Below, one piece after another: positions 49,770 to 62,688 of a DNA stretch of 64,000 nt (the first letter of the stretch is position 1; every line of letters starts with the position of its first letter). The notes under the pieces are model-generated. The model ran no database searches, was not told the DNA's origin, and was given only the letters and a program-made list of their open reading frames with translations. Source of the DNA: Octopus sinensis (taxonomy: Eukaryota); contig NC_042998.1 of the NCBI RefSeq assembly GCF_006345805.1, positions 190,216,001-190,280,000 of the forward strand, given 5' to 3'. A program made the translations under genes and the position numbers.

Positions 49770-50205
49770 AAATTGAACCAATCCTATGACTGGCACCCGG
49801 CAGATGCCAGGACCCCTGGACTGGTGGTACGTAAAAAGCACTATCCGAATCGTGGCCGATGCCAGCGCCACCTCGACTGGCTTCCGCGCCGGTGGCATGT
49901 AAAAAGCACCATCCGAATCGTGGCCGAAGCCAGTGCTGCCTCGACTGGCTTCCGTGCCGGTGGCACGTAAAATGCATCAATCCGACCATGGCCGATGCCA
50001 GCCTCGCCTGGCACCTGTGCAGGTGGCACGTAAAAAGCACCCACTACACTCATGGAGTGGTTGGCGTTAGGAAGGGCATCCAGCTGTAGAAACACTGCCG
50101 GATCAGACTGGAGCCTGGTGCAGCCTTCTGGCTTCCCAGATCCCCGGTCGAACCGTCCAACCCATGCTAGCATGGAGAACGGACGTTAAACGATGATGAT
50201 GATGA
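49770..50205 (+). mobile_element. SINE-like family D
   Basis: GTAAAAAGCAC-type anchors at 49831, 49899, 49967 and 50030; tail on the right. Confidence 0.8.
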
Positions 50206-51540
50206 TATTCCAGCCAATAATATCAGTTAAATCTTTTTCCTGTTTTCTTTATTCATGCTTCATATAATTAAAACGGATATCTTTGTTTTAAAGTTGTAAC
50301 TGGTATAAATTATTTCAACCATTTACTTCCTCAAAATAATACATATGTAATTCATTAAGCAGCAATAAGTGGTTTTAGTAACTTTACTATTTGTTATGAC
50401 CAAATATGGAGATGTTCAAAGATATTTATAAATTTGAAAATCACGTGAAAGCCGGCCTTCAGTATTGACTTTCAACATTCCCAATGTGATAAGATATTCC
50501 AGTAAATTGTGTTCTAATTGGGATACTATACCAACAGAGGCTATTTCTTGTTTTTACTAACTTTTCATTTTCACTATATTCTATTCAGACTAATTAATGA
50601 TATATCAAATGAACAGCAAAATTAGATCATGGAAACGGATCTAATTACATTAGACATGGTAATGATACTGAAAATGCTGTTACAATTTTGGATTAGAATT
50701 TATTAATGTGACATTTTGTCATGAAAACAAATGATCAATACTTTTGTGAAACACAACACAGAAGGACAAGCCAGGCAAACAGCTTGCAAAAATAGGGGTA
50801 AAAAGGAAACAATTAGAACTTTACAACACCCATGATATAGGATAAGGCAAATACGTGAGCATTTTAAATGTCCAAGTGCAAATGACTTAGGATATAAAAC
50901 ATTAAAATGTCTAATCCAGTTCATGCATGTGTCTTCAGATATTTGTACAATGCTTACACATTGCATAAGTAAATAAATAAATGAAAGTAAATTGTCATTT
51001 CAGAGGCTTAAAATTTCTATCACTTCAATATCAGCAGAATTGAAATGAATTTTACTGCTTCAATTGTTAGTTTTTCAGTTTTGTTTGTTACTAGACACAA
51101 TTTATATTTAACTTTACGACATGAAGCCAATGTAAATATAAAACAATTACATAACATCCAATGCAAAGATCTACATAAATTGTCTATATAAACTAGCTAT
51201 GCAACTAATACATGTAATAGCTGTGAATAGTAAAATCAATAAATGAGATTAACATACCAACTATGTGCTAAAAAGAATGAAATATTTAAAAATACAAGCT
51301 TTGGTACAATAAATTGATGTATAAAGACACCATCTTGAATTTTAAAGCAGATGCAAAATGCTGATATTAAAAAGAGAACAAAGCAAATTTATATATTATA
51401 AAAATCATTTGAGCTATTTACACATCTTTTTTAAATCATAATCAGAACAACTGGAAAATTCACATCGCAGTCCCCTTAAGAAATCTTTGACTAAATGCTT
51501 CCAATGGATAAAGCTATATTAACATAAGTTTCAAGTTTAA

Positions 51541-51759
51541 CCCTTTAGTGTTCACATTATTCTGCCAAAATTAATGCTTTTTCATCCAAATTGTTTTGAA
51601 CTAATCATACATTATCTTGTAGCTATGAGATTTTGATGAGGTGCTGTTAATTTTTCAAACGATATTGTAGGGTTGGTGTGAGAAACCAGATCTGGCCAAT
51701 TTGACCATAAAACAGGCAGAATACTTTGGCCGGATATGGCCGGTTTAAATGCTAAAGGG
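51541..51759. mobile_element. piggyBac-like MITE (219 bp)
   Basis: TTAA|CCCTTTAG ... GCTAAAGGG|TTAA; internally similar to 35440-35658. Confidence 0.8.
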
Positions 51760-53562
51760 TTAAAGACTAATAGAAGTACCACAATGACATAAATGGAAAT
51801 AAGTCAATGTAAGTATAAAATAAGATGTGTAAATACTCAAACAACTTTATTATCAAAATCTAAAAAAGAAATGGAAAATACAATTTATACAGTATTAGCT
51901 GAAAAATATAATATATATATATGTGTGTGTGCATTGTTTTATTTATTTATTTTGTTTGGACTGAAGAAAGTAGCTGTGCACATGGCCTCTGCATACCATG
52001 TGAGACCCATGAGATTGATGCAGGTAATGCTTTTGAACTCCACATTGACAGCTCCAGGAAAAACATTCCAGAGAGGAAATACTAAGAATAATAGATGATC
52101 AGGGTTGAGAGAAGGGTACAGTATAAGTGACACAAGGAAGAAAAAAAAAGAGAGTTAAGAAGCTAGAGGGGAAATGACATAAGATCAGCCAACTGCAGGT
52201 AGTGGTAGAAAAGGCAGAGTTACAAGACAGCATATGTAAGGCCAGAGTTTGGAATATGCTCACAATGGTTTCATGCCAATCAGTTGGATGGTTGTATTTT
52301 TGAGATGTATGTGCGCAAGACAAGACAATCTTAGAGCACACCAGAGTTAACAATGTGTAAATAAGAGTTCCATTAGCACACACATCAGTGGTGCTGACAA
52401 GACGTTTTAGATCCAAGATAGATAGATGGGGGCTTGTAGGCTGCATTACTAAGAAATCTGGTGAGCCAGATATAGTCAATGTTTTGCTGATATCAAATGC
52501 AATAACACTCAACATCATTTCAAGTCCACTTTCCAGGCTATGTGTTCAACTGGTTGTTATGATTCAAGTCAGTTCTTAATCAGAGTTACTGATCTTCTAA
52601 ATAGGATCAGATTTCTATGGCTGGATGATGTCCTTCCTAATACCAGTTATTTTAAAGTGTACTACTTCCCTTTTATCATGGCACTAGCAATACTGAGATT
52701 ATCTTATACCCTGCAAGACACAGATCCACTTTATGTTATCCCCATTTGTCCATGGTAATGTAACCAGTAGAGTGTACAGGACAAAGAGTGGTTGTAGATG
52801 AACTCAGTTCAGTGGGAGAAAAAAAAAGGATGAAATAAAAAACAGCGATTGGAGAGATAGTGTGGAAGAGAGATAAATGGAAGTGGTAGTGCAAGAGGAG
52901 CAATGAAGAGAGGGAGAAATGGCAAAGGATAAATAGGAGAAAGGTGCAAATGACAGTTACATGCTGGCAAGTGAAAGACAGCAAGTGTCTTGAAAATACA
53001 GCCCCACATGTGAGTGACATACAGTAGGTCGCAAGTCATTAAGGGAGACTTTGAAATGTTAGAAGAAAATGTTTGCAAATGACTATCGCCATTGAGCTGC
53101 TGACGGTAGGAAAGATAAGATGATAGTTGGAATAGTCAGAAGAGTAGACAATCTTGAGAACAGGTAGCAGTGCAACAATTTTCAAAAATCAGAATAGATT
53201 TCTGTGGAGAGAGAGAAATTGAAAATTTCAGTAGCTCATATAGTATGTGTGTGTGTGTATGTATAAGCATGCATATAAATCGTTATCAGCATCCTTTATA
53301 TTTCCTACATTGTCATGTATCTTCTATACCCTATTTTCCAAGTGTCTCAGTCCTGTATCAACTGGGGCATCCAATTTTCTGACAGTCATTTCACTACTGC
53401 TTTAGTGCATCTCTGTTTTATCCTCAGAACTGATGTGAATATTAACAAACACTCAGAAAACTCAGTATTGAGAACAGTTGTCAATGTTAGCCATGTAGAA
53501 GCTGGCCTTCCATACTGACCATCAGTATTCACATCATCCCTCTCATAGTTGAGATTGTTTCT

Positions 53563-53880
53563 TCATCATCATCATTTAACGTCCGTTTTCCATGTTAGCA
53601 TGGGTTGGACGGTTCGACCGGGATCTGGGAAGCCAGGAGGCTGCACCAGGCTCCAGTCTGATCTGGCAGTGTTTCTACAGCTGGATGCCCTTCCTAACGC
53701 CAACCACTCCGTGAGTGTAGTGGGTGCTTTTTATGTGCCACTGGCACAGGTGCCAGGCGAGGCTGGCAACGGCCACGATTAGTTGGTGCTTTTTACGTGC
53801 CACCGGCACGGATGCCAGTCAAGGCGGCGCTGGCATCAGCCATGTTCGGATAGTGCTTTTTACATGCCACTGGCACAGGG
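53563..53880 (-). mobile_element. SINE-like family D
   Basis: Tail on the left; three internal anchors. Confidence 0.8.
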
Positions 53881-54968
53881 ATCACAACAACAATTTCCAT
53901 TGATTTTTGATGTTGATGAAATTGACTCAATACGTCTCTTCTTCTTCCATCTTCTAAACTCACTAATTTAAGTTCCCCATTCAACAGATCTGTGCCTATA
54001 ACTATTTCTTGTCTATTTCTGTATTTTCCAGCTGGCGTCATGTAAAAAGCAGTTCCAGACTAATTACGTAACTAAGAGAACTTAGGTTCCTGCAAATGCA
54101 GTGAAGCAATCCAATGCAATTCCTGCAAACAGCAAATGCCAAATTCTTTACATTATAAAACTCTTGTATTTTTACGATTGAATTTCTTATGTACATTGAT
54201 ATTAGCTAGTCTAATACTAATTATATGCAAGTATACATACACACAAGTTGTCCAGCACACTATGAGAGAATGAGAGAATGAAGCATGAATATAATCATTT
54301 TAAAAGAAAATTCTTGCTATATAACATCTTAAAAATGTAAGACAAGAAATAAGGCAATATCAAAATTTTGTACAGAAATTATAATGAATATATTTAAAAA
54401 ATCAGTTTAGAATAAACCTTGGAATAAACAAATGTATAATAGAAATCTGGATTCTGTATTTCCTGGGTTACATGGTAGAAATGATACTACAGGGACTTCA
54501 ATTTAATTTAATCATTCAGATTAATTTAATCATTCAGTAAACATTAAAAACAAATAGATTTGTATCAAGTGAGACAAATCTATTCTGCTCATAAAAGATA
54601 TCTTTTAATGTTATCTTGTCTGAAGAAGAATGCATTGGCCATAAGCTGTAGAAACCTCTTTGATATGAAGAGATCCTGAAGTCTATAAAATTTGTATTAT
54701 CAACATAGAACTGGTCGTTTCAAATGAATATTTGACAGAGATGAAATATTAGAATACAGAATTATTAAGTAATTGTGGTCATTAATATACATAATAAAAG
54801 AAATAAAAGAATACACAAAGATGATACAAGTGGATGTTCAGCTCAAAAACAAAACAAAAAATATCCAGATCTGAATATTTTCTGACAGACAAATGAATTC
54901 TTAAATGTAGAGTAGGATGATAGTAATTAAAGAAAATATTCTGTAGACATTGTAGAAAGAATAGTTAC

Positions 54969-54974
54969 CTGCAG
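54969..54974 (-). CDS. Candidate 6-nt microexon (CTGCAG) in the PH-domain intron
   Basis: aagttttcag|CTGCAG|gtaact; phase 2 to 2, turns S-R-N into S-S-C-R-N. Modest pyrimidine tract with upstream AGs. Confidence 0.3.
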
Positions 54975-56024
54975 CTGAAAACTTATTTAAACACTAAACA
55001 GAAAGCCAAGTGTCTTGAATGCAACTTCATTAATTTTATGAATACAAATGCTTCAAGAGATACCAGAAATCCAAACAAGGAAGATACTTTAAGTAAAAAA
55101 TATTTCTGAAGTGCCAGATTTTTTATTATGTGCTATTCTAGGAACTATTAATGTTGTCTTTTGTGCCTGTATATATCAGAGAATATTTGGTTAGTTTAAT
55201 CTCCAGGCATCCTCAGGAGCACCATACTTATAATTTGCATTGCATACGGTCAAGCTAGTCCTATTGTACTTATTTCAGAGATCTAAATAATAACACTTAT
55301 ATGGTGAGGAAAAGAAAATCTTAACGAAAAGACTATGGCAGTAGGCTGCATTTAGAGGTCCTAGGTGAATTCGTCTACAACAATTTATATATGTGTGGCT
55401 ATATTTATGTGTGTGGTTGTATGTATGTGTGTGTGTGTGATTGTATGTGTGGTAGTAGATGACTTGTAGACATATTTGTGCCAGATACACCATTTAAATT
55501 CAGAAGCTTTATTTCTGCCGACAAGATTTCCATGTTCATAATCACTAAGCAAATACTGCTACAAATATCCCAAAATTACACCAATAATTGCTCCCATAAA
55601 GCAGAGCAGCCCCCAATATATGGACATATATATACATCAAATGTGACTCCTGGTACATACTTAAGCCAGAACATGCAGTTTTAACAATCAAAGGCACATA
55701 AAGAAGAGTACAAATAATATGCAAATGTACTCTCTTTCCAGCTGTCTCCCATCAAAATGAAAACATTAAATCATATGTTTTGTTATGTGCATCCATTTCT
55801 ATATCGTATGCATTCATGCAGAAAATGCCACTAATACAATTGTAAATATAAGGCATTCAAAGACAACTGGCAATTTTAATTAGTTCAAAACAATGCAGTT
55901 GATAGAGAAAAATTAGATTAAAGATTCAAAATATTCAAGTTGTCAAGAAATATTTGCATTTTACTTTCCAAGATTGTTGATCCATGTCATAGGACAATGA
56001 AGTTCAACATTAATAGAGTAGATG

Positions 56025-56028
56025 GATA

Positions 56029-56095
<67 letters not shown>

Positions 56096-56600
56096 ATATA
56101 TATGTGTATATGTATATATATATATATATATATGTATGCATATACATGTATATATATGTATGTATATATGTGTATGTATGTATATACATATATATATATG
56201 TATGTATATATGTGTATGTATGTATATACATATATATATATATGTATGTATATATGTGTATGTATGTATATATATATATATGTATGTATATATGTGTATG
56301 TATGTATATACATATATATATGTATGTATATATGTGTATGTATGTATATACATATATATATATATGTATGTGTATATATATATGTGCATATATGTATGTA
56401 TATACATATATATATATACGTATGTGTATATATATATGTGTATATATGTATATACATATATATATACGTATGTGTATATATATATGTGTATATATGTATA
56501 TATATATATATATATACACACACATATATATATATACATATGTATATATATACACACACACACATATATATATATACACATATATATATGCATACGTATA
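56025..56600. repeat. Compound (TA)/(TATG) microsatellite block
   Basis: Direct inspection; source of six spurious long ORFs. Confidence 0.95.
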
Positions 56601-56619
56601 TAAATAAAAAATATATATG

Positions 56620-56857
56620 CACCCCTTTAAAGCCTAGCCAGGCTCAGGGGCCCAGTTTCAATGGCGTATGTGTTCCCCAGCTGGATGGGACACCAGTCCA
56701 TCGCAGCATTACTCATTTTTGCCAGCTGAGTGGACTGGAGCAACATGAAATGAAGTGTTTTGCTCAAGAACACAACGGGTCGCCCAGTCCACGAATTGAA
56801 ACCACAATCTTACAATCATGATGCTGACACCCTAACCACTAAGCCACACGCCTCCAC
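56620..56857 (-). mobile_element. SINE family C
   Basis: Same head and core as 1692-2017; different 3' part. Confidence 0.75.
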
Positions 56858-56875
56858 ACATGTATATACATATGC

Positions 56876-56908
<33 letters not shown>

Positions 56909-57575
56909 ATATATATATATATATATAAACATATGTATATATGAGACTAGTTGTTATTAGCAGTGAAAAATTGCTACATGTGAACAGTAGAAGGTACACA
57001 TGGCAGCAGATGAAAAAGAGCAGAATAACCAGGGATGTCAGATCTCAAGATATCAGTTACCACAAACAGCATTACAGATTCGAGAGTGATCAAAGAGTGT
57101 ACTGATGACTTGTACAACTTATACCACATGGAAAACCAAATAAAATAATTATCATAATAATGGCAATAATGACGATGATGAATGAAAGAATTCTCAATCT
57201 AAATGAATTAAAAGAATGACAATTATTTTCAGGTTCATTTGTTTTAGTAGATTGAACCAATGCATTTGAGCATGAAGCAACAGTAATGATATCTGTAACA
57301 TGAAAGCAAGAACAATCAAGAAATAATTAGATGATTAAAACTTGTTACAAATTCAACACCAATTTATAACCCAGAAAATACAACATACAAATCAGTGTAA
57401 TTTAAAAGTATTGATTAAAAATTTTAATTAGCAGAAATATAAGAGACGGCTGAATATCTCTTGTATAAGTTTCATCATATTAGTTTATGCAATAGATTAA
57501 ATAATAATAATAATAATATAATAATAATAGCAAGGTGTAGCAAAAGTAAAGAAAATTTAGAATACTCTTACCTAC

Positions 57576-57682
57576 CTGCTCAAGGTACTATATATGGCAA
57601 ACATATGTTTGTGTAAAAATGAGTCTTCGAGGTCACGCAGCATCATACCATCTAAAGGAATTAAATATTTCTTGTCCTTCTC
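57576..57682 (-). CDS. DNM1: Dynamin exon, PH domain: EKDKKYLIPLDGMMLRDLEDSFLHKHMFAIYSTLS(R); first coding exon found in the window
   Basis: Manual translation. Acceptor ggctgtag|GAG, donor GCAG|gtaggt, 107 nt, phase 0 to 2. Matches the dynamin PH segment (human DNM1 [37 protein letters not shown], recalled). The symbol denotes the DNM1/2/3-shibire orthologue. Confidence 0.95.
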
Positions 57683-58999
57683 CTACAGCCAACACACCAG
57701 GAGAAAATAGGAGGCACAGATCAAATGACTAGTTTACCAGAACATGATTAATAAACATAGCAGAAGACAGAAGATTCATTGTTTGTTAGAATATGAGCGT
57801 ATGAGTATATGTTGTAGATTATATGAGAAGTGAGTGTGAGTGAAGCCTTTGAGAGGTTTTAGGTCAGCACAAGAAAATAATTTACAACCCTCTCCATGAA
57901 TTTATCAGGTCTAATCCTAGAAAACTAAGTAGATAAAGGATTTTTAAGCGAAGACTAGTCAGGTAATTTTCTTCAAGAAGATACTAAACCATTATCAAAA
58001 CAAAAGAAACCAATGTGACAAACTTCTAGGGAACTAAATTAATTTGAAAAATTATTTGTTTTATACTTGGTATTCCAGACACACAAAAGGTTATATAGTT
58101 TGTTGAAAGGAATATATTTGAATGGCAAGAAATAAAAATTACTGATACACACACCACACAACACCACACACACAGAAAAAAAAAATTATATATCATCTTT
58201 GAAGTAATGAGCTATCTCTATCTTCTGCCAATAAAATGTTTAAAACTTTAAAATATTCCATTTTGTGCAGAAGAGAAGAGAAGCAAGTAATTTTAAGATA
58301 TCACATACCACTCAGCTTCTTATGAATTATCTTCAGCAAATTTTTGACTTTTTTGAGCAAAATTTCTTCTGGTTTATAATTACTAAGAACTTCACAAATA
58401 TGTTTCCAAAACAAACACACAGATCATTTGTCTGGCATACAATACAATATTAGATAGTCAAAATATCTTTGTCCATATTTTTACTGTTTCTTTTGGAGCT
58501 TATCACTTCACACCTAGAAATCTCGTTCACATCTCGTTCAATATTTTAATTATTCCAATGTCCACTTATACAACAAAAATGTCTAAACTGACTGTTGATC
58601 TTACATCACAATATTTTCCTTTTACGTAAAATTGCATACAAACAGAAACTAAACGGTAAAAGTTGAAATAAAAATACAGACTAGACATACTACCTAACTG
58701 AATAAAGGATAAAGTGATAGCAAGTTTTTGCTATAACATCACAGCAGCATTGTTTTGCAAAACGTCAATACCAAACAATATCTAAAATGAGTAGACTGTT
58801 TTAGGAGTTTGACTTCATAAAAGCTTGACATAAGAAGAATTCTTAATGGTAACACTATTATAACAGTGGAATGGCAATCTAAGAACATCTTACATTCCAT
58901 CATGTATGTGAAAAAGACATTTTTTTTTATGCCAAAATTTAGATTTTGATTTAAAGATTGAACAATTTATTTTGTAACAATAACTGCCACTCCATCAGT

Positions 59000-59306
59000 T
59001 ACAACAACAAGGATTTCAGTTGATCGAATCAATGGAACAATGTGCTCATGAAATTAATGTGCAAGTGGCTGAGTGCTCCACAGACATGCATACCCTTAAC
59101 ATAGTTCTCGAGGAGATTCAGCAAGACACAATGTTACAAGGCTGACCCTTTGAAATACAGGTATTATTCATTTATACCAGCTGAATGAACTGGAGCAATG
59201 TGAAATAAAGTGTCTTGCTCAAGGACACAACATGTCACCAGGTATCAAACTCATACTCTTACAAACTTGAGCTGAACACCCTAAACACTTAGCCACAGGC
59301 CCTCAC
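59000..59306 (-). mobile_element. SINE family C, diverged
   Basis: Colinear with 1692-2017. Confidence 0.65.
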
Positions 59307-60019
59307 AACAATTTATTATATATAAATTATGACTACACTGTAGGCTTTCTTGGTCTTTTCATAAAATTATAGTCAAAAATACATAAATATTTTAGATATT
59401 TATAGAACTTTTTGTTTTGTTTAAATGAGTCTGATCACATTCTATAAGCTATGTTAAGTCTTCTTTTCTCTACACAGGAAAACTCTGGAAGACAGTTTAG
59501 GCAAAGAAAATTGTCTATTTGTATTATCTAAATTTAGAATCCTCAACTTCTTGAGAAATTTTCTCCAATATTTAAATGCTATGTTGTTCTCATATATTTT
59601 TCCTTTGTTCTAATTCCAGCATCGTTATCTAAATGTACATATAAAATGCTTTATGACAACCCATTTCAGATAAGTCAGAAATACTTGATATGATAATTAA
59701 CATAAACTCTACCTGGTTAATAATTTATCATGACAGTTAATGTTTATGTCAACACAGATATCATATGGATTTGGGGTTGTGAGTTCATACTACAATAACA
59801 CTGTAAGTGATATAGTTCTAAAGGGAAATCAAACTAGAGATATCAAGACACCACAGAAATGCTCAAAAGAAGAGACAGAGAATTCTTTTATTTCTTTGAA
59901 AAGAAGCGTAAAATTCTAGTTAACTTCACTGAATATATTAAAGGTTCTTATTTTATCAACACCTGATGTATTTTAAAGTAGATATGGTAAAAATAAATTA
60001 AATAACATTTCACATCCTG

Positions 60020-60050
<31 letters not shown>

Positions 60051-60331
60051 ACAATTGCAGCGTGGAAGGTGTTTATAAGCCATTTAAGAAACACACAAAA
60101 GCCGTTCGATTCACTTCAACATTTAAGTTTAATTTGTCAAAATATTTTCGTCGCTAAAATCCGCGACCTGTTCACTGACAAAGTCTGTGCTGCACGGACT
60201 TTGTCAGTGAACAGGTCACGGATTTTAGCGACGGAAATATTTTGACAAATTAAACTTAAATGTTGAAGTGAATCGAACGGCTTTTGTGTGTTTCTTAAAT
60301 GGCTTATAAACACCTTCCACGCTGCAATTGT
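60051..60331. repeat. 281-bp near-perfect palindrome between (TA)n tracts
   Basis: 140-nt arms centred on 60191; three mismatched pairs counted. Confidence 0.95.
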
Positions 60332-61468
60332 TTTCGTTTCAGCACACGATCTCAGATTAAATTACTTGCTATGCGAGTACATCTCCGTAATATATATATA
60401 TATATATATATAGAAATTTACTTATTTGAAAGGGGGCACATTCACAAATTATATAGAGGTAATCACACCAAGATACAAAGATAATTTACAAATCAAGGTG
60501 AAAATACTTCAAATTCAGACAAATAAATACACTTTATAGTTTCTAACAAAATGACAATTTTTATTCAAGTTATTAAAACATAAAAATGTAGATAATAACA
60601 ATTAAAGAGTGAGTCATTATTAGATAATTTACTTTCAAATTTCTAGGTACTTTATTAGTTCAAACACACACACACACACATTTTGGTGGAGGTTTTACAC
60701 AAACAGAATTAAACGTGAGAGGTAACTTTTTCTAAATACACATTTCAAATGTTAATTAGATAGAAATATGAGCTACAATTTTACACCATTTTTTTTCCTA
60801 TTTTCTGTGTTGCATATAGCTTCCAGAAAGTGTACTTTCTAATTATAATAACTCTATGTGTTATAAACTTTATAAATATCTAATATACAAGGAGATTAAT
60901 TCAGTTTAGCAGTCACACACAAACACACACACACATATAAAAACTCCTAATTTATAGGTGCAGGGAAAGGTGCATGATTAAGAAGTTCACTCCATAACAA
61001 CATAGTTTAGGTTCAGCTCCACTGCAGAGCACCCTGGGCAAGTGTCTTCTACTATACTTCAAATCAACCAACATCTCTTGTGATTGAATTCAATAGACAG
61101 AAACTTTACAAAGCCTATCATATATAACTTTAAATTTAGCGCACCAAAACGGGGACATGTAAAATAGTAACCACGAGTGTAATAGGTAGAACTGTTTACA
61201 AATCTAACTTTGTGCAGACATCCTAGTATGCAGTCCTATAAATTATATTCATCTGGACAGTCGCACCGATGATCTACGAACATTTATGTAAGTAAAATTA
61301 CGTAATATGTTAATAGTGAAACATGTATGCGAATAATCCATATTTTTATTGCTTTTTTGTTTTTTTGGTTGTTTTGCTAAATTTTTATTGAGAACATTTG
61401 TTAGTGGTAAGACCATAGCGGATCTATTTCTAGCATAAGGGTGTCCACATAGTGGTTTCCCTCTAATA

Positions 61469-61500
<32 letters not shown>

Positions 61501-62467
61501 ACTTTACATGTGTTTTCCATGCTTGCTTTACTTGGACAGGTCATCACAGTTTGAGCCACTTCCCATGTGGCCTGGTTTCTAAAGCTGCATGCCCCTCCTA
61601 AGACTTTACAGGATGTACTGGTGCATTTTCTCATAACACCAGCTCTAGGAAGGTTGAACAGGTCTCAGTGAGACAGGGCTAGTAAGACCTCATAACTCTA
61701 TACTTTCTCTGCTCATTTAACCAACCGTTTCACAATTTGAACAGTAGATAGGGTTCACTGTACATAGTGTGTATATGTAAAACACAATCACTAACAGTCA
61801 TGGTCGTCTCAATACAAGTACAACTGTATAGACATACGAATGTTCTAGTTAATATACCCATATACAGACACTCTCTACAAACCTGCTCATGTGTTCACTC
61901 AAGGCATCTTTCTGGAGTTTTGTTTTTTTGGAAAAGTAAACAAATACATACACCCTGGTGTGTACTTATTTGCCAGTGTATTCTTGCTATTTTATCTCTA
62001 CCATAACTTTGCTATTACTTCTATGTATACCAACTTATGTTGTTACTGTCATTTGATAGAGGTGGTGGAATGATGAAATAGTAAAATGGTACCTAAAAAG
62101 CCTTGTGGTATTTAATCCATTTTACATTCTGGATTCAAATTCCACTTTGACCAGACTCTACCTTCCATCCCTCAATAAAATAAATACTAGTTATAAACAC
62201 TGGGGTAAATTCTATCAAATATACCCCCTCTTCAAATTCCTAGTCTTGTGTTAATGTGATAAATCATTGCCATTTGTAAATTCATAGAGCTGCAACTAAC
62301 TTTCCATTTTATTTCTATACAATGACAATGTGTTGGAATGTATACACGCATGTATTTATACACACATACACACATATATGTACATTCTAAACACCTATTC
62401 ACACCAACTATTACAGATGGTTTGAGAATAACTTTTAAAATCCCACACAATTTATATGAAAGTTCAA

Positions 62468-62688
62468 CCCTTTATTTAACATTCAAATTACTCTGTGAAA
62501 TGTAATACTTATTTATTCATGCTGTTTTGAATTAGCCATACATTGTATTATAGTTTCAAAACATCAATGATATGTGTTTATTTATGAACTGACATTATAG
62601 GGAGGTGTAAGATACCTGATCAGGACAATTTCAACATTAAGCTGGTAGAATATTTGTGCCTGATATGGCCAATTTAAATGCTAAAGGA
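62468..62688. mobile_element. piggyBac-like MITE, degenerate copy
   Basis: Right end gatatggccaatttaaatgctaaagga-ttaa matches the family; left end decayed. Confidence 0.5.

Noticed and set aside
8968-53971. Recurrent MDGSTGVWE.../LQLDALPNANH.SVVGAF ORFs (8968, 30236, 41211, 46047, 49841, 53549)
   Set aside because: Reading frames through the family D repeat, not a gene family.
55228-55254. 27-nt in-frame unit with a GTATGG donor
   Set aside because: Acceptor (caataggactag) has no pyrimidine tract.
55940-56821. 293-aa ORF and overlapping 170-196 aa ORFs (likewise 10933-11511, 13148-13471, 14074-14852)
   Set aside because: Translations of TA/TG microsatellites (Y/I/M/C/V/H only); no splice or domain support.
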